Assembly (NCBI RefSeq): GCF_036321535.1
Contig: NC_087437.1
Span: forward strand, 52,702,001-52,766,000
Source of the DNA: Camelus dromedarius
Lineage: Eukaryota
DNA: 64,000 nt
Reading direction: 5' to 3'
Part shown: positions 1-11,889 of the stretch, piece after piece
Numbering within the stretch: position 1 is the stretch's first letter
Layout of the letters: each line of letters starts with the position of its first letter
The notes under the pieces: model-generated
Told to the model about the DNA's origin: nothing
The model's input: only the letters and a program-made list of their open reading frames with translations
The model's database searches: none
Made by a program: the position numbers and the translations under genes

Positions 1-357
1 CACTATTCCTTGGATTACTCACTCGGGGAGGGCTCCTGTCACGCTGTACACAGACAGAGAAGCCCATGTTGCGAGGAACTGAGACCTTCGGCCAACAGCC
101 AGAGAAAGACTGAGGCATGCCAACAAGCCCATGAGTGAGCCTGGTAGCAGATCTCCCAGCCCAGCTGAGTCTTCAGATGACTGCTGCCCTGGGTGGCAAC
201 TTGGCTTCAATCTCATCAAAGATGCTAAGCCAAAATAACCCAGCTAAGCTGCTGCCATATTCCTGACCCTCAGAAAACGTGTGAGATAATAAATGTTGGT
301 TGTTTTAAACTGCTAAGTTTTGGGGTAATTTGTATGCAGCAATAGATTACTAATACA
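1..357 (+). mobile_element. MaLR LTR (MLT1E/F-like), 3' part
   Basis: Typical MLT1 end: cctgaccctcagaaaacgtgtgagataataaatg...ttttaaactgctaagttttggggtaatttgtatgcagcaatagattactaataca. Confidence 0.85.
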
Positions 358-1064
358 GAGCATTTGACAGCATTCTGCTCCGCAATTAACATTTAATTGA
401 AGATCAGTCATTCCTTTGGTTATGAATTATCCATTGGTAAATCCTGTCATTTTTGTACTTGTCTGTTTTTCTCACAATAACTTTCAAGGCCACCTACTTA
501 AATTGATCTTATTTGATTTACTGTATAAAAACACACCTTAAGTTTAATTCTTGTATCCACCTACTGTCTTAAAATAAAAGGATAGCTGTTTTTGTTTGTT
601 TCAAACATGTTTTTCTTCTGTGATTACCAGCAGATTTTTAACACAATTTGGGTTACACAGAGAGAAATATCTACAGGGGAAATTGGATTTTCATGTAATC
701 ATACTGAACCTAATAGTACTAAGATTAATCTATCTTTATTTTTTTTTTTAAAGACTAATTTGTAAAACCTACTCTGGTTCCACCAAATCTAAATCTTTGC
801 TTTCCAATACTCATTTTGCAGCCCTATGCAACTGCTCTTTGCAGGTCATCTCATGTTTTAAAGAGACTTCTTACCTAAAATTCCCATGGTTTCATTCGAC
901 TCAAGCCAAAGATTAAGTGAAAAGTTTGAAAAACTCATTCAAAAAAAGCAAAATCTTTGAACTGCTATTTCCCCCTGCCCTGTTTGAAAATGAAGAACAA
1001 AAGAGAAAGGGAGAATGAAATAAAAATAAATTATTAATGATATCTTATTATGGCTTTAATTTTA

Positions 1065-1178
1065 ATTAATTCATTCAAAAATATTTAATAAGCAGCTATG
1101 TCCACCATTCAAGGCATTCAAGATGCAACAACAGTGGAAATAAGAAATAAGACCCAGATCTCATGGAACTTCAAATTT
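1065..1178 (-). mobile_element. L2 3' end fragment
   Basis: attcattcaaaaatatttaataagcagctatg... is the reverse of the L2 tail. Confidence 0.55.
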
Positions 1179-2315
1179 TTAAAATTCAAAAGACCAGCCC
1201 AAAAAATAGTGTTGGCTATTTTTATGAAATTGATGGCCATTTAGATCCATCACCAACGAGGGGAGCCACATAAAACCCTTAATTTCCAGATCCTGTGTGC
1301 CACTCTATTATGCCTCAGCACAGATAACTTGTTAACTTACGTTCTCCAAGACAAGTGCTTTACCTCACCATTCCGGTGGATCACTAATGAGCTATTCCAT
1401 TACGCATGTAAATTATAGAACAAAAAGATACATTTAAAAAATGTTAATTCCAACTGTCAGAGTAGTTTTTTGTTTTTCATTTTCAAAAAAAAAAAAGGTC
1501 CCCTTAGGCAATTGGTAGTTTTCAATTAGTTTGATCTTAATGAGTATTTACTGCCCCCAGGGCCCAGACGCAGAATCCATATGGCCTTCAATTTCCTCAA
1601 CTTAAATACAAGAAAGTACAACGGTTATGAAAACATTTTTCAAACATATTCAAAAGTCTAACTTTTCACCACTGAATTTTCCTACTAAGTACTCTATGCT
1701 TTTAAGACTACTTGCCTCATGTCAGATGTTCATTTATAGGTGGAACTCAAGTTCTTATTTTTTAAAATGTTTGCTAGACATATGAAAACCATACTTTCTT
1801 AGGAAATGATTTAAATCACTATCTATAGTTGGCCTAATGTTTAACTGGAGTAGGGATAATTTAGATTGATGTGGAAACAAGTTCCTCCAACTATATAAAA
1901 ATAGAGGCCTTTTTTTTCTCATGAACATGTATTAAGAAGTAGTATATAAACTTATGAGTGTCATGTATTCAGCATATGTATAGTCAACATTACCAAAGAA
2001 TTTTAGATGGCTAAATATAACAGAAACAAAACAAGATCACTACATAAACATAAAACTATAGGGTACTCTATAATGGAGAAAATAATTACTCCAGAAAACT
2101 AGACTAAGGATGGTTGCTCCAACTGAGACCTAATTTTAGTTTTGAGCTTCCAAACAGCTATCATCATTAGATAAGAGACCTATTAGTTTACCCAGTTTAT
2201 CAAGAGAAGGATTTTTTTCCCTCTCACTCACAGAAAGCCTGAAGGGTAAATGATACTAAATATAATCGAGAGGGTCTTCAACAATATTTTGCAGAAGATG
2301 CAGGTTTTCACGTGG

Positions 2316-2529
2316 CAGAGACTGCAAACTGGCAACCCATAGGCCAGTTTAACCTGCTCTCTTCTTTGACCCTCGCAGTGTCTCCAAAATTTTTTCAGTG
2401 GTTGCCAATATTTAACGTAAGAACTCTCACTTCTGGCTGGAGTTGACTAATAGCTACCCCTCCTATACTTCACAGAACTCCCCTTTCCACCACTTACATC
2501 ATCTGCAGGCATCTGAGGGTGGACCCCTG
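2316..2529. mobile_element. hAT-Charlie type non-autonomous DNA transposon relic
   Basis: Degenerate TIR-like ends (cagagactgcaaac ... ggtggacccctg) and internal gttgccaatatttaa. Confidence 0.5.
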
Positions 2530-3364
2530 TAAATATACGGTGGTCTCTTAGAATAGTTTTACTACAAAACTTGGGTGTATAATATGAACTCATCAATCTT
2601 TGAAGACCAGTCTACCGGAAGTTAGAAGCACAGGGCATAGAGCAGAGCTCATAGTGTCCCAGTCTCTCTCTCTCAGGACTATCAGGACTCCCCACAGAGT
2701 CCCTGGCCATAAGTTAAAAAATCACCCAAAAAAATAACATATAGTTTTTGAAGTAATATCCTGTTTTTGAACAAGAATCAGACAGAATGAACACTAAAGA
2801 AGTGTGTGTTAAAACAGAATGGCTCAAGTCCCTTTTGATTCATTAGGCCTCCATTCTAACCAGCTGAAAATATTTTGAAGATCGCCCTTGTGTTCATGGA
2901 ACCCCAAAATATACAACAGATAAAAGTAGGGCTGTTCTGCTTGAAGAAGGGGCAGGAAGGCCATCCTGCTTGGACCTCCTAAAGCAAAAACTTGTTCTTG
3001 ATGAATGAGTGGGTCCCATGGCACAAGATTTATCACTCTTCAAAGTCAATCGACTCTCATGTCTCTGCCAAGAGCTAGAGTACAATCATTGCCTAAGGAG
3101 CACCCTGGAAAGTTCCTGAAGGACAAACAATCTGTGCTGTTGATGATTATAGAAAAATCCATAGATTTAGTAGTCTGGCATACAGTTAGCAAAGCAAACA
3201 TTTGCTACTAAAGCAAATGTGACAGGAGATGGAAGGCCATTTCACAGGATTCAGAAGTAGCAGAGATTAACATCTAAACTTCCCCCCCCAGAAAAAGCTT
3301 TGGGTCTGCTAGAATACCTGATCAAGGAAGGAATGCACTCAAGGCCCAGAATTATATACTATAG

Positions 3365-3588
3365 GACTGATATTTCCGAACTGTTTTTTAAAGTAGCAAA
3401 TCCCTTTTCTAAAGTAAATTCCAGACGGAACTCTAATATATAAAACAACAACTGCAGCTGTCTTCCAACTGAAAGGTGGGTAAGAAGCCAGGATCCCCCA
3501 GGTACATATGTCCACTTCCTCTCCTCATAAATTTGGCATCTCCTCAGAACCCTAAGGCTCTCAGAAACATACTGTTAAAAGCACTGCT
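3365..3588. mobile_element. Possible hAT-Charlie (MER-type) relic
   Basis: End ...cagaaccctaaggctctcagaaacatactgttaaaagcactg resembles MER5/Charlie termini. Confidence 0.35.
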
Positions 3589-6269
3589 GTGAGGAATAAA
3601 AGATGTGACTTTGGCCTGGAAATTTTTAAGGCAGGTATTATTAACACCTTGACCATGATCATTATACATGAACTAAAGCCACAAATCATTTTCAGTATCA
3701 AAATCATTATTTTGAAATCACTATTGAAATAGACACATACAGCAAACCATTAATACAGAAATCAATGAACCAAAGTGCTAACTCTCCCCTGGCAAACCTC
3801 TTAAAGTGTATGAAGAATTACATTAGAACCAGCCACCTGTTCCCAGTCTTTTATAACTCCTTTTTAACTTATCTACTGCATTAACCTAAATCCCTGTCTT
3901 TATTTCAAATAATTGAGCCACCAGCACCATTGTCATCTCAAATCTTTTATAAAGAAAAAAATAATAAAATCTAAATTTTAAAAAATATTAAGCAACTAAA
4001 GAATTTAAAGACTATTTATCAACTAGTAGCTTGTTCTTTATTCCTTAAAAAAGGAGATTAAATCCTACATTTAAAAAAAATCTGAACTTAAAATTTAGTT
4101 TCTAAAGATTCTTGGTTTCATCATCTTTAGTGGTGATACAACCCAAGGAGTTTTAAAGAGCTTAGTTTAAAAATTCAGTGTCCATGATCTGAAGACATCA
4201 CTATCAGTTTGAAGAGAAAGGGAAAAAGAGTACAGCTGGATCCAGCAGAAGGCCCAGATTATTTATGCATCCACAAATTTTTTTATGTTCTTCAATTTTT
4301 TTTAAATAGATTTTTTTTTCTTTTACAAAGAATAAATGCAATTGCACTTCAGCAAGGAAAAAAAGGTAACCTGAACTTTCAGCATGGGAAAATTCCTTCC
4401 CAGATTTTCAACCACTCACAAAAGCCTCCAGGGTTGACCCCCACAGCCACTGAGACCATGGAGGAGCGTGTCTGCAGCACGCTCTGAGTAAGTGTATGTA
4501 CACCACAGATCCCATACATTCCAGCACACTGAGCAAGCGCACACACGCTTCCCAGCTCCCCCGGACACGGCCAGCGAAGGAGCAGCAGGCCTGCACACCA
4601 GGCACCTTCCAGCCCTGCCTGGCCATCCCCCCGGAAATGCAAAGGGGAAGGAGAATGCGAGAGGAAGGAAGTGGCCAGTGCAGGGCCTTGTACAAAGAAA
4701 TGTAAGACCTCTTGTGGGGCAGGCCAACCACATACTCCTGGAGTTTTTAAACTTCGAAGAAAAGAACAGCTTATGTGAGACTCCCAGTCCTGCTGTCACC
4801 AAGGGAATCACTTACTGTCTCCTACCCACTATCAGTGAGTACCAGTCTTTCTTACATGCTCTGGAATTACAGAGAGAATGTACCAGCAGCATGACAAAGT
4901 TCAGTCAGTCACCTATGCTTCTATGCCTGCCTGCATCCTTTCCCGCTTCCTTACCTCCCGCCTTCCTCCATCCTTCCTTTCTCCCCTGCTTTCTTTCTTT
5001 CTTAATAATTGATGAGGTTAAACTCTATTTTTCCAGCGTTAAACTATTTCATCAACTACCTCTAACTCTCTCAAATAAAGATGCACAAACACTTTTACTC
5101 TAAAACCTTATCCACACAATGACTAAGAAAAACATCCATTTTTCAAATACGTATTGCTAAAATCACAAAGACCAGGAGGGACAAAAGTAAAAGGTCTCCA
5201 CATAAAAAAAAACTATAGAGCCTGTGCTCACATGAGCTTTTTCAAAATATCCTCTATTTCATGATCTGGTTTGAGGTTAACTTGTCCAGAGACCCAGCAT
5301 TCAATTAAATATTTTTTGCTTTATTTTTTGAACACAAAGAGTGAAAAAAAAAAACATAATAAAAATTTTCTCTGATAATATTCTTGACTGAGAAAAGAAA
5401 TTATTTTTCCATGTCATAATAAGGTTTTTTCATAAAACTATGTTCTTATCAAAAAAGTACCCCTCTATATCTAAGAAGCAAAACTCTTGTATATCTCATT
5501 GCATTGTTAGTATAATTGTACCTTAAAGTCCTATTTACTAAAAAAAAAACAAAAAAAACTCATGAATGCATAATATGCTTAAGTAATATATTAAAAGAAC
5601 ATACAAATCTTTCTACTCCCTGTTTTTTCACTGACTTTTTCATGTGTCAAAGGGCTTAAAATTTTCTAAAGTTAGGAAGATGAACCACTTTATGGAAGGT
5701 AATTTTCAAGAATCCCGTTTTCCTTCTCCAAACCATAGACACTTTTTTTTTATATATGATAAAAATGAAAGTATGCCATACCTTGTGCAACATTCTAGGT
5801 TATAAACAAAAAAGCGTGAGGGATTTTTTTCATGATTTAAAAAAAATACCTGCACCAAAGTCATGAATACAGACAACCGCTCCCCTTGCATCCACATTGC
5901 ATATGTATACGTTTTTACACTTAACTTCCAACTACAATGATTTTTTAAAAATCTTTTTATCTTTATATAATCAATAATGCCTCTACTATAAGATTACTTC
6001 AAGAAAGTTTCTTCAAATTATGAATAACACTTTTAGTTGTTTTTCAATTATACTAACCTAAAAATTTATTAAACTTTAGTCCTTTATCTGCCTTAGCATA
6101 TCTGTAAATTTTATCTGTAATTCTGAGTTAGGAAAAATACAAAGTTACTCTGTAACCCATGTACACGTTATCACAACTTCCTACTTTATTGCTATATTCA
6201 AATTAGATAGACAGCAAGCGTAAGAAGGCTACTGCTTCTTTGAAGCAGGTTTGGTCAGGTGGAAGGAGG

Positions 6270-6425
6270 AGTTGCTTTGGAGCCTGAACCAAGCTTTACA
6301 GCCCTATCTGTAAAAGGGATGAAAGTCAGAACTCTCCTGGCTGTCGTGAGGATACAAGAAGATACGGAGAAGGCCTAGTCCAGTGCCCAACACATCAACT
6401 ACTTAGTAGGTATCAGCTACCTTTC
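6270..6425 (+). mobile_element. MIR SINE
   Basis: ctatctgtaaaagggatga...ggctgtcgtgaggat...cagtgcccaacacat. Confidence 0.6.
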
Positions 6426-6575
6426 TTCCTTTTCCCCACCTTCTGAGTCAGAATTCTGCGGAACATGCAAAACCCCACTCCAGACTCTTATACTAAGTTA
6501 AAGAAATGAAATGCCTGGAGAGTTGGAAATAATCTTCTTTCACCTATTTTTTTCTTGATAATTCTTTCCTCCCTC

Positions 6576-6599
6576 CCACCACCACCACCACCACCACCA
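6576..6599. repeat. (CAC)n microsatellite
   Basis: Direct reading, about 8 units. Confidence 0.9.
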
Positions 6600-7394
6600 T
6601 AAACATGAGAGTACACAAAAGTTAAAGGAAACAAGAGGATAAATGCAGGAAAAGTTTACAAGTAAGGGGAAACGGACTGTTCTTCACACACTTAGTTATT
6701 TAGTATATGCTTTTCAGTGACTATATCTTTAACGAAGAACTCTGAGAACTTTATGGATGCTATCCTATTAATGCTTATTTTACCCCACAGGAGAGGCCAA
6801 AGGTCACATTCTGTACAGAAAGTGAAGGGAAGAGAGACACCAAATCTGGGGAAAGACTTGGCAGCTACCAGGAAAACACTTAAACCAAAACACAGTCCTG
6901 CCCTGCAGCAATGGGTTGGCTGAGATCTGGGAAAAACCCACCCAAGTGATTCCTTGAGCTCAACTTTCATTTACCACAAGGCCCACAGTCCTGATCAGGG
7001 CTACCTGTGAAATCTGTGTGGCTCAGCTGTTGAAACATCTTTTTTGGTAGTGTTCTATTTTATAGCACAAGGAATGCAACCATTGAAAAAAGCAATGTAA
7101 CAACAACAACAACTCCAACCTGCTTAGTTAGGCGTGACCCTACTTCTGTCTGTGGGCAAGCATGGTGATGGGAGAAGGTGATGCTGCTGGTGATTTTTAA
7201 ATGACCTGTTTTTAATCTTCCTAAAAATGGTAACAAAGTATAGATCATTTGGATTGGTGTAAGAATAAGATGGTTGCAAAGGATCATTCACAAACAAATA
7301 TACTTCTACAGCTTTCCACCACTCCTGAATGGCAACTTTTGATCCTTATAACAATTTCAGTTGACTTCTTTAACTAAACAAAGTAAATGCAGGT

Positions 7395-7600
7395 GAAGCA
7401 CACTCATGTTGGACTGAGAATCAGAAGACCTGGGTTCTAACTCCAGCTTTACAATTTAATAGCCACTGACCTTAGGCAAACTATTAAATTTCTTTGAGAC
7501 TGAGTTTTCTGATCTTAAAAAAAGGAATAATATTAATTGTCCCATCTTCTGCACATAATTATTATTTAGAATAAATGAAATAATGTGTCCAGGAGGTTGG
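7395..7600 (+). mobile_element. MIR SINE
   Basis: gaatcagaagacctgggttctaactccagc...tgaccttaggcaaac...ctgagttttctgatct (MIR core). Confidence 0.8.
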
Positions 7601-9439
7601 GACATCATCAGTACAATACGAACATAAGATTCAGGCACTTAAAAATACACATATGTAGTATTATTTACATATCAACACATGAAATCATGAAACTACCTTT
7701 CTGATCACATTTAAAACAAAAATTAAAAATCCAAGCTTCCCCCATGGCAAATTCTCACATGTTGGTGCACATTAATTTTACGGTAATTAGAAAAACTGAA
7801 AATATCATTCTCATTGTAACGGTCCCACACAAATTTTCCTGGTCATTAGGTACAACATTTTCCTATGATACAGATAAAAATAAGAAAGTCTAAAACATGC
7901 ATCAGAACTCTTAATTTTCATTGACTGAGCTTACTAAAGTATCTATTTTATGAAATATTCTTGATAATAAACAGAATGGGAGAATTCTAACTAAAGGGTC
8001 ACATTTTAAGAAATAAAATGTAGAACAGATAAATAATCAGGAAATCTAAAAATAAACAAAACAAAAAGTATCTCTAAAATGTAAGGTAATTATTTAGTGA
8101 GAACTAGAGGCTTGGGGAGGAAACATACGTCTATTAAATGATGGACATCAAGTTGCCTTCTGGACTTGACTGCCTGCTATTAATGCAAAAGTATCCATTT
8201 TCTCTGGTCCACTTATTCTACACCTCAATATGTCACCAAACTCTAAACCAAATTAAAGAAACAGTAATTATATTCCTCCTCCTCTTTGGAAGGCAAAGTA
8301 ACAAAATCTGAATTTTTCTGTAAAAGAAAATAATTTTTCTTCACTATTTTATGGAAAGGCTAAAGTACATGATCAAAACAGGAAAAGAAAAACCTTAAAA
8401 ATAATGCTCTGAGCACTCTGCAATTTTGCAGCCCAAAATAGAACCCATACCGTCCATGCCACCAAATGAAAATTACAAGTTTGTAAGCATGAAGTCAAAT
8501 TATAAAGTAAAAGATTTTTTTAAATATTTTAATGACGATAAATGAAAAGAAAGACTGTTATCTTTACTGGTAGGTGTTTGTTGATTACTTGCTATTATAT
8601 TTTCTTCAATGATAGTCTTTTGAATGACTATCCAACTAATTTGAACTTGAATTTGTATGTAAAAAGGAGTAATAACTTTGACTAATAAGTTATTTGAGTA
8701 TGTTTTGTTAAACATAACTGTCCCATTCTTCAAATTAAGAAGTTAATCATAACTTTTGAGAAATGTGTGCTTTTGACTAAAAGTTTTAGAAAACTGGTTT
8801 AAAAAACTGGTTTAGACAAGCCCCACTTTTTTAAGACCTCTTTTTTAAGACCTAAAAGAACAATGAAGACATTTTGGTGGTATTTAAAAAGAGTTTTTAT
8901 AAATATATTTTTGTAATTTATAATTCAACTTTTTTAACAGCCTCCAAAGAAACCAGTTCAATACTATGCTGCTTCTAATGAAACTGATTCTCTGAGTACT
9001 TCTGTTATGCAAAATAATAACTGCCTTCCACAGTATAGAATTTCTAAATGAAAATGCATATTCAAATCTTAAATTTTCTATAGAAAATCAAAGCCTTCAC
9101 AGAATCACTTGCTAACTTTATTAGTGAGAGGGGACATCCAAGCAGAAGTGAAGGAGGGTAAATTTTGCATTAGATGGTCCTTCCAGCAGCATGCTCACTG
9201 GAGAAGCGACTACAGGTACCTGTGCCCTGGCTTCCACAAGATTAACCACCTGCAAGAGTTATGCATCACTCAGGCAAGTATCATTTCACTCGATTCCCTT
9301 CACTCTAAGGTTCAAACATCCAGTGATTTTCATTTGCCCTGTCAGGACTGAAATCCAGAACAACTGTTGCTCAGTTAAAGATTTCCTCCTCTTCCCTCTT
9401 GATACCATCTGTCTAAAAGTACTGTCTGCCACAAAATAG

Positions 9440-9461
9440 ACACACACACACACACACACAC
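9440..9461. repeat. (CA)n microsatellite
   Basis: Direct reading. Confidence 0.9.
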
Positions 9462-10717
9462 CCCTCCCCTATGTGTACACACTCCACTGAATCAGAGATG
9501 ATACATTTAGCTCAGATAATGTCCTCTAACAATTCTGACCAATCACTCATCTACTTTTGAGGATTTTATTAGCAGACTTGGAAGAATGATTCAACAGTAG
9601 CGAGCAAATATTTTAAAAGTTGAAAGTATCAAATATTTATAAATAGTTCTTATAGAAATATGATTTTCACAGCTTTCTTGACTTTTAATAAATCTGTCCA
9701 AATTACTATCCTTTTATGTACATTTCAATGTCATTTACATACCCCCAAATGAAAAATTGGAGGAATCTCCATAAAATAAAAATATTTACTCAAAATAATA
9801 GTGAAATGTTGATTTTGATATGCAATTAGTTCTGAATCTTCCAATGTCCTTTAAAATTTTTTCTTCTTGAGGAAAATATTGCACTTTAGATCATTACATA
9901 TAAAAGGTGTTGTACAAATATTACTAATCTTCTTTCATCTTCTCTATATGAATGATAGTCTCAGGTTAACATAATAGAAAACAAAACTATGAGACCATCT
10001 CTTACTGGTTATCTTATACCCAGCCATAATAACAAAGAAACATAATTAAAAAAAAAAAAAAAAAACCACAATTCGGCAAATGTATTACATATCACCAAAT
10101 CACCTTTTAGAATTAATGTTTAGATGTTTAGCCATTTAATACTTTTATAAATCACTATAATTTAAAATTGATATTTATTTGGCAAATTGGAAAAAATCAA
10201 GCAGTATATATCTATTTTGCTTTATAGATTTCAATGGTTTTTCAAAATTTAACTAAATAATGTAAAAGCATCAAATAATCTGCCTTTTAAAATGCAAACT
10301 AGAATTTAAATCTGAATTATCAAGTAATTTTTTTCTTTATTGCTTCTATTTTAATTTTAATACTTAGCTCTTAAAGGTCACAAAAACGTGTAATTTTCTA
10401 TGGCATTACCTAGAACCATATGAAAAAACTATTAGCCTTTTTTAAAATGGGAAACTAAATGTCTAACTAAAAGCCAAATGAAAAGTAACCTTAGAGTTTG
10501 AGAGAGAGATATGTATATATAAATATACATACTATATCCACACATGGAATCCATCTAATTAAATCCAGACATTAATTTCTAATTCAACAAATTCTTGAAA
10601 CAGGAGACTACCATACGATTTTAACCTAATAAAGTCTTTTCTGTTGCTACAAAATTAAAAATTGATGCACTAAAAGTCTTTGTTGCAGGGAGGACTTGAG
10701 GTTGGGTGGTTGTTGGG

Positions 10718-10749
10718 TTTTTGTTTTTGTTTTGTTTTGTTTTGTTTTG
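10718..10749. repeat. (TTTTG)n microsatellite
   Basis: Direct reading. Confidence 0.85.
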
Positions 10750-11839
10750 GTATTTAATTCAACTATACACAATGTAGTACATACAAGCAAAATACAATTG
10801 AGATACTGTTTTCTTTAACATTCCTATAGGAGACCAAATTCATTTGCATTGGAGAGAAGACAATTACTGATTTTTAACTCATGAAAGACAAATTCATAGC
10901 TTTTTCCTACACTACCTCATAGTATTCTCACCATCTCAGTGAAAGCATGTCTAGCACCACTTAGTTACTTCCTAGAAGTGGGCAGAAATTGCATTTTTCA
11001 AAGTTTTGTTTCTCACAGAATCATTCAACTTTGGTTATAAAAGCACATTCAGGTTAGTATATGTCTCAACTCAAAACAATTTATACAATATGTGTATGTG
11101 TGTAGACACATATATAATTTTTTTTTAACCAAACTCTCATCAACATCAAAAATGGAATTTCGATCGAGGAAGTTTCCACAACTCTTACAGCCCTTTTTAG
11201 TTTTTTCTTCTTTAAGAAATCTTTGATTCATATATACTAGCAAGAAATATGAATAGAGAAAAAAGATCTGAAGATTTTTATTTAACAGAGCCTGAAACCA
11301 ACTTAGAAAGTAAGAAAAAATAGATGGTTTGTACATGGTTTACATTACAATAATTTACATTTAATAAGAATGAAGCACATGTGGCAAAAGAAAAAAGTTT
11401 TCTACTTCTGGTCTGTCTACTATAACAGCACATATAAAATGATGCTAGAATGATATTTAACAAAAGATCCAATTGGTAAGCAAATGGCATGCCAGTATTT
11501 TCATAACTTAAGATAAAAACATCTCCTCCCAAGTACCATTAGCTTAAAAAAATCTATTTGGAATGTAGATATTAAAACTGATTCTTGAGAACAGAAAGAA
11601 GTCAGAACAATATAAAGAAAATGAGCACTAATTGTGGAATGGTTTTTTAAGTAAGCAAGCAATGAGGATGAACTGTTTTCTTCACATTTTCACTTCAACT
11701 AACAAAAAAACCACACATAAAACTGACTTAACGCTGACAAATGTACTTCTAACTTGTTAATTTTCATGGAAGTGCAACAAAAGAACACCAAAATAGTCAC
11801 CATGTAACATAAAAGCTTTGGTTTCAAATGTCACAGTAC

Positions 11840-11889
11840 CCTGCTTTTTGAGAGTCCCCACCGTGGTAGAGCCCTGTACATGAGAACAT
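11840..11889 (-). CDS. IGF2BP2: Probable alternative first coding exon of IGF2BP2 (short RRM1-less isoform N-terminus)
   Basis: ATG TTC TCA TGT ACA GGG CTC TAC CAC GGT GGG GAC TCT CAA AAA GCA GG|GTACTG = MFSCTGLYHGGDSQKA(G). The donor is phase 2, like the exon 2 donor. It resembles the human alternative N-terminus MFSCPGHYHVDGFLNPG as I recall it, with the same length and a similar position ~2 kb into intron 2. Confidence 0.72.

Noticed and set aside
4492..5103. 203-aa plus-strand ORF in intron 2
   Set aside because: No homology recognised, non-ATG start, and the C-terminal part derives from a low-complexity CT tract.
8790..8853. Two adjacent 13-14 bp tandem duplications (aaaactggttta x2; cttttttaagacct x2)
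   Set aside because: Ordinary slippage duplications in AT-rich DNA, with no evidence of function.
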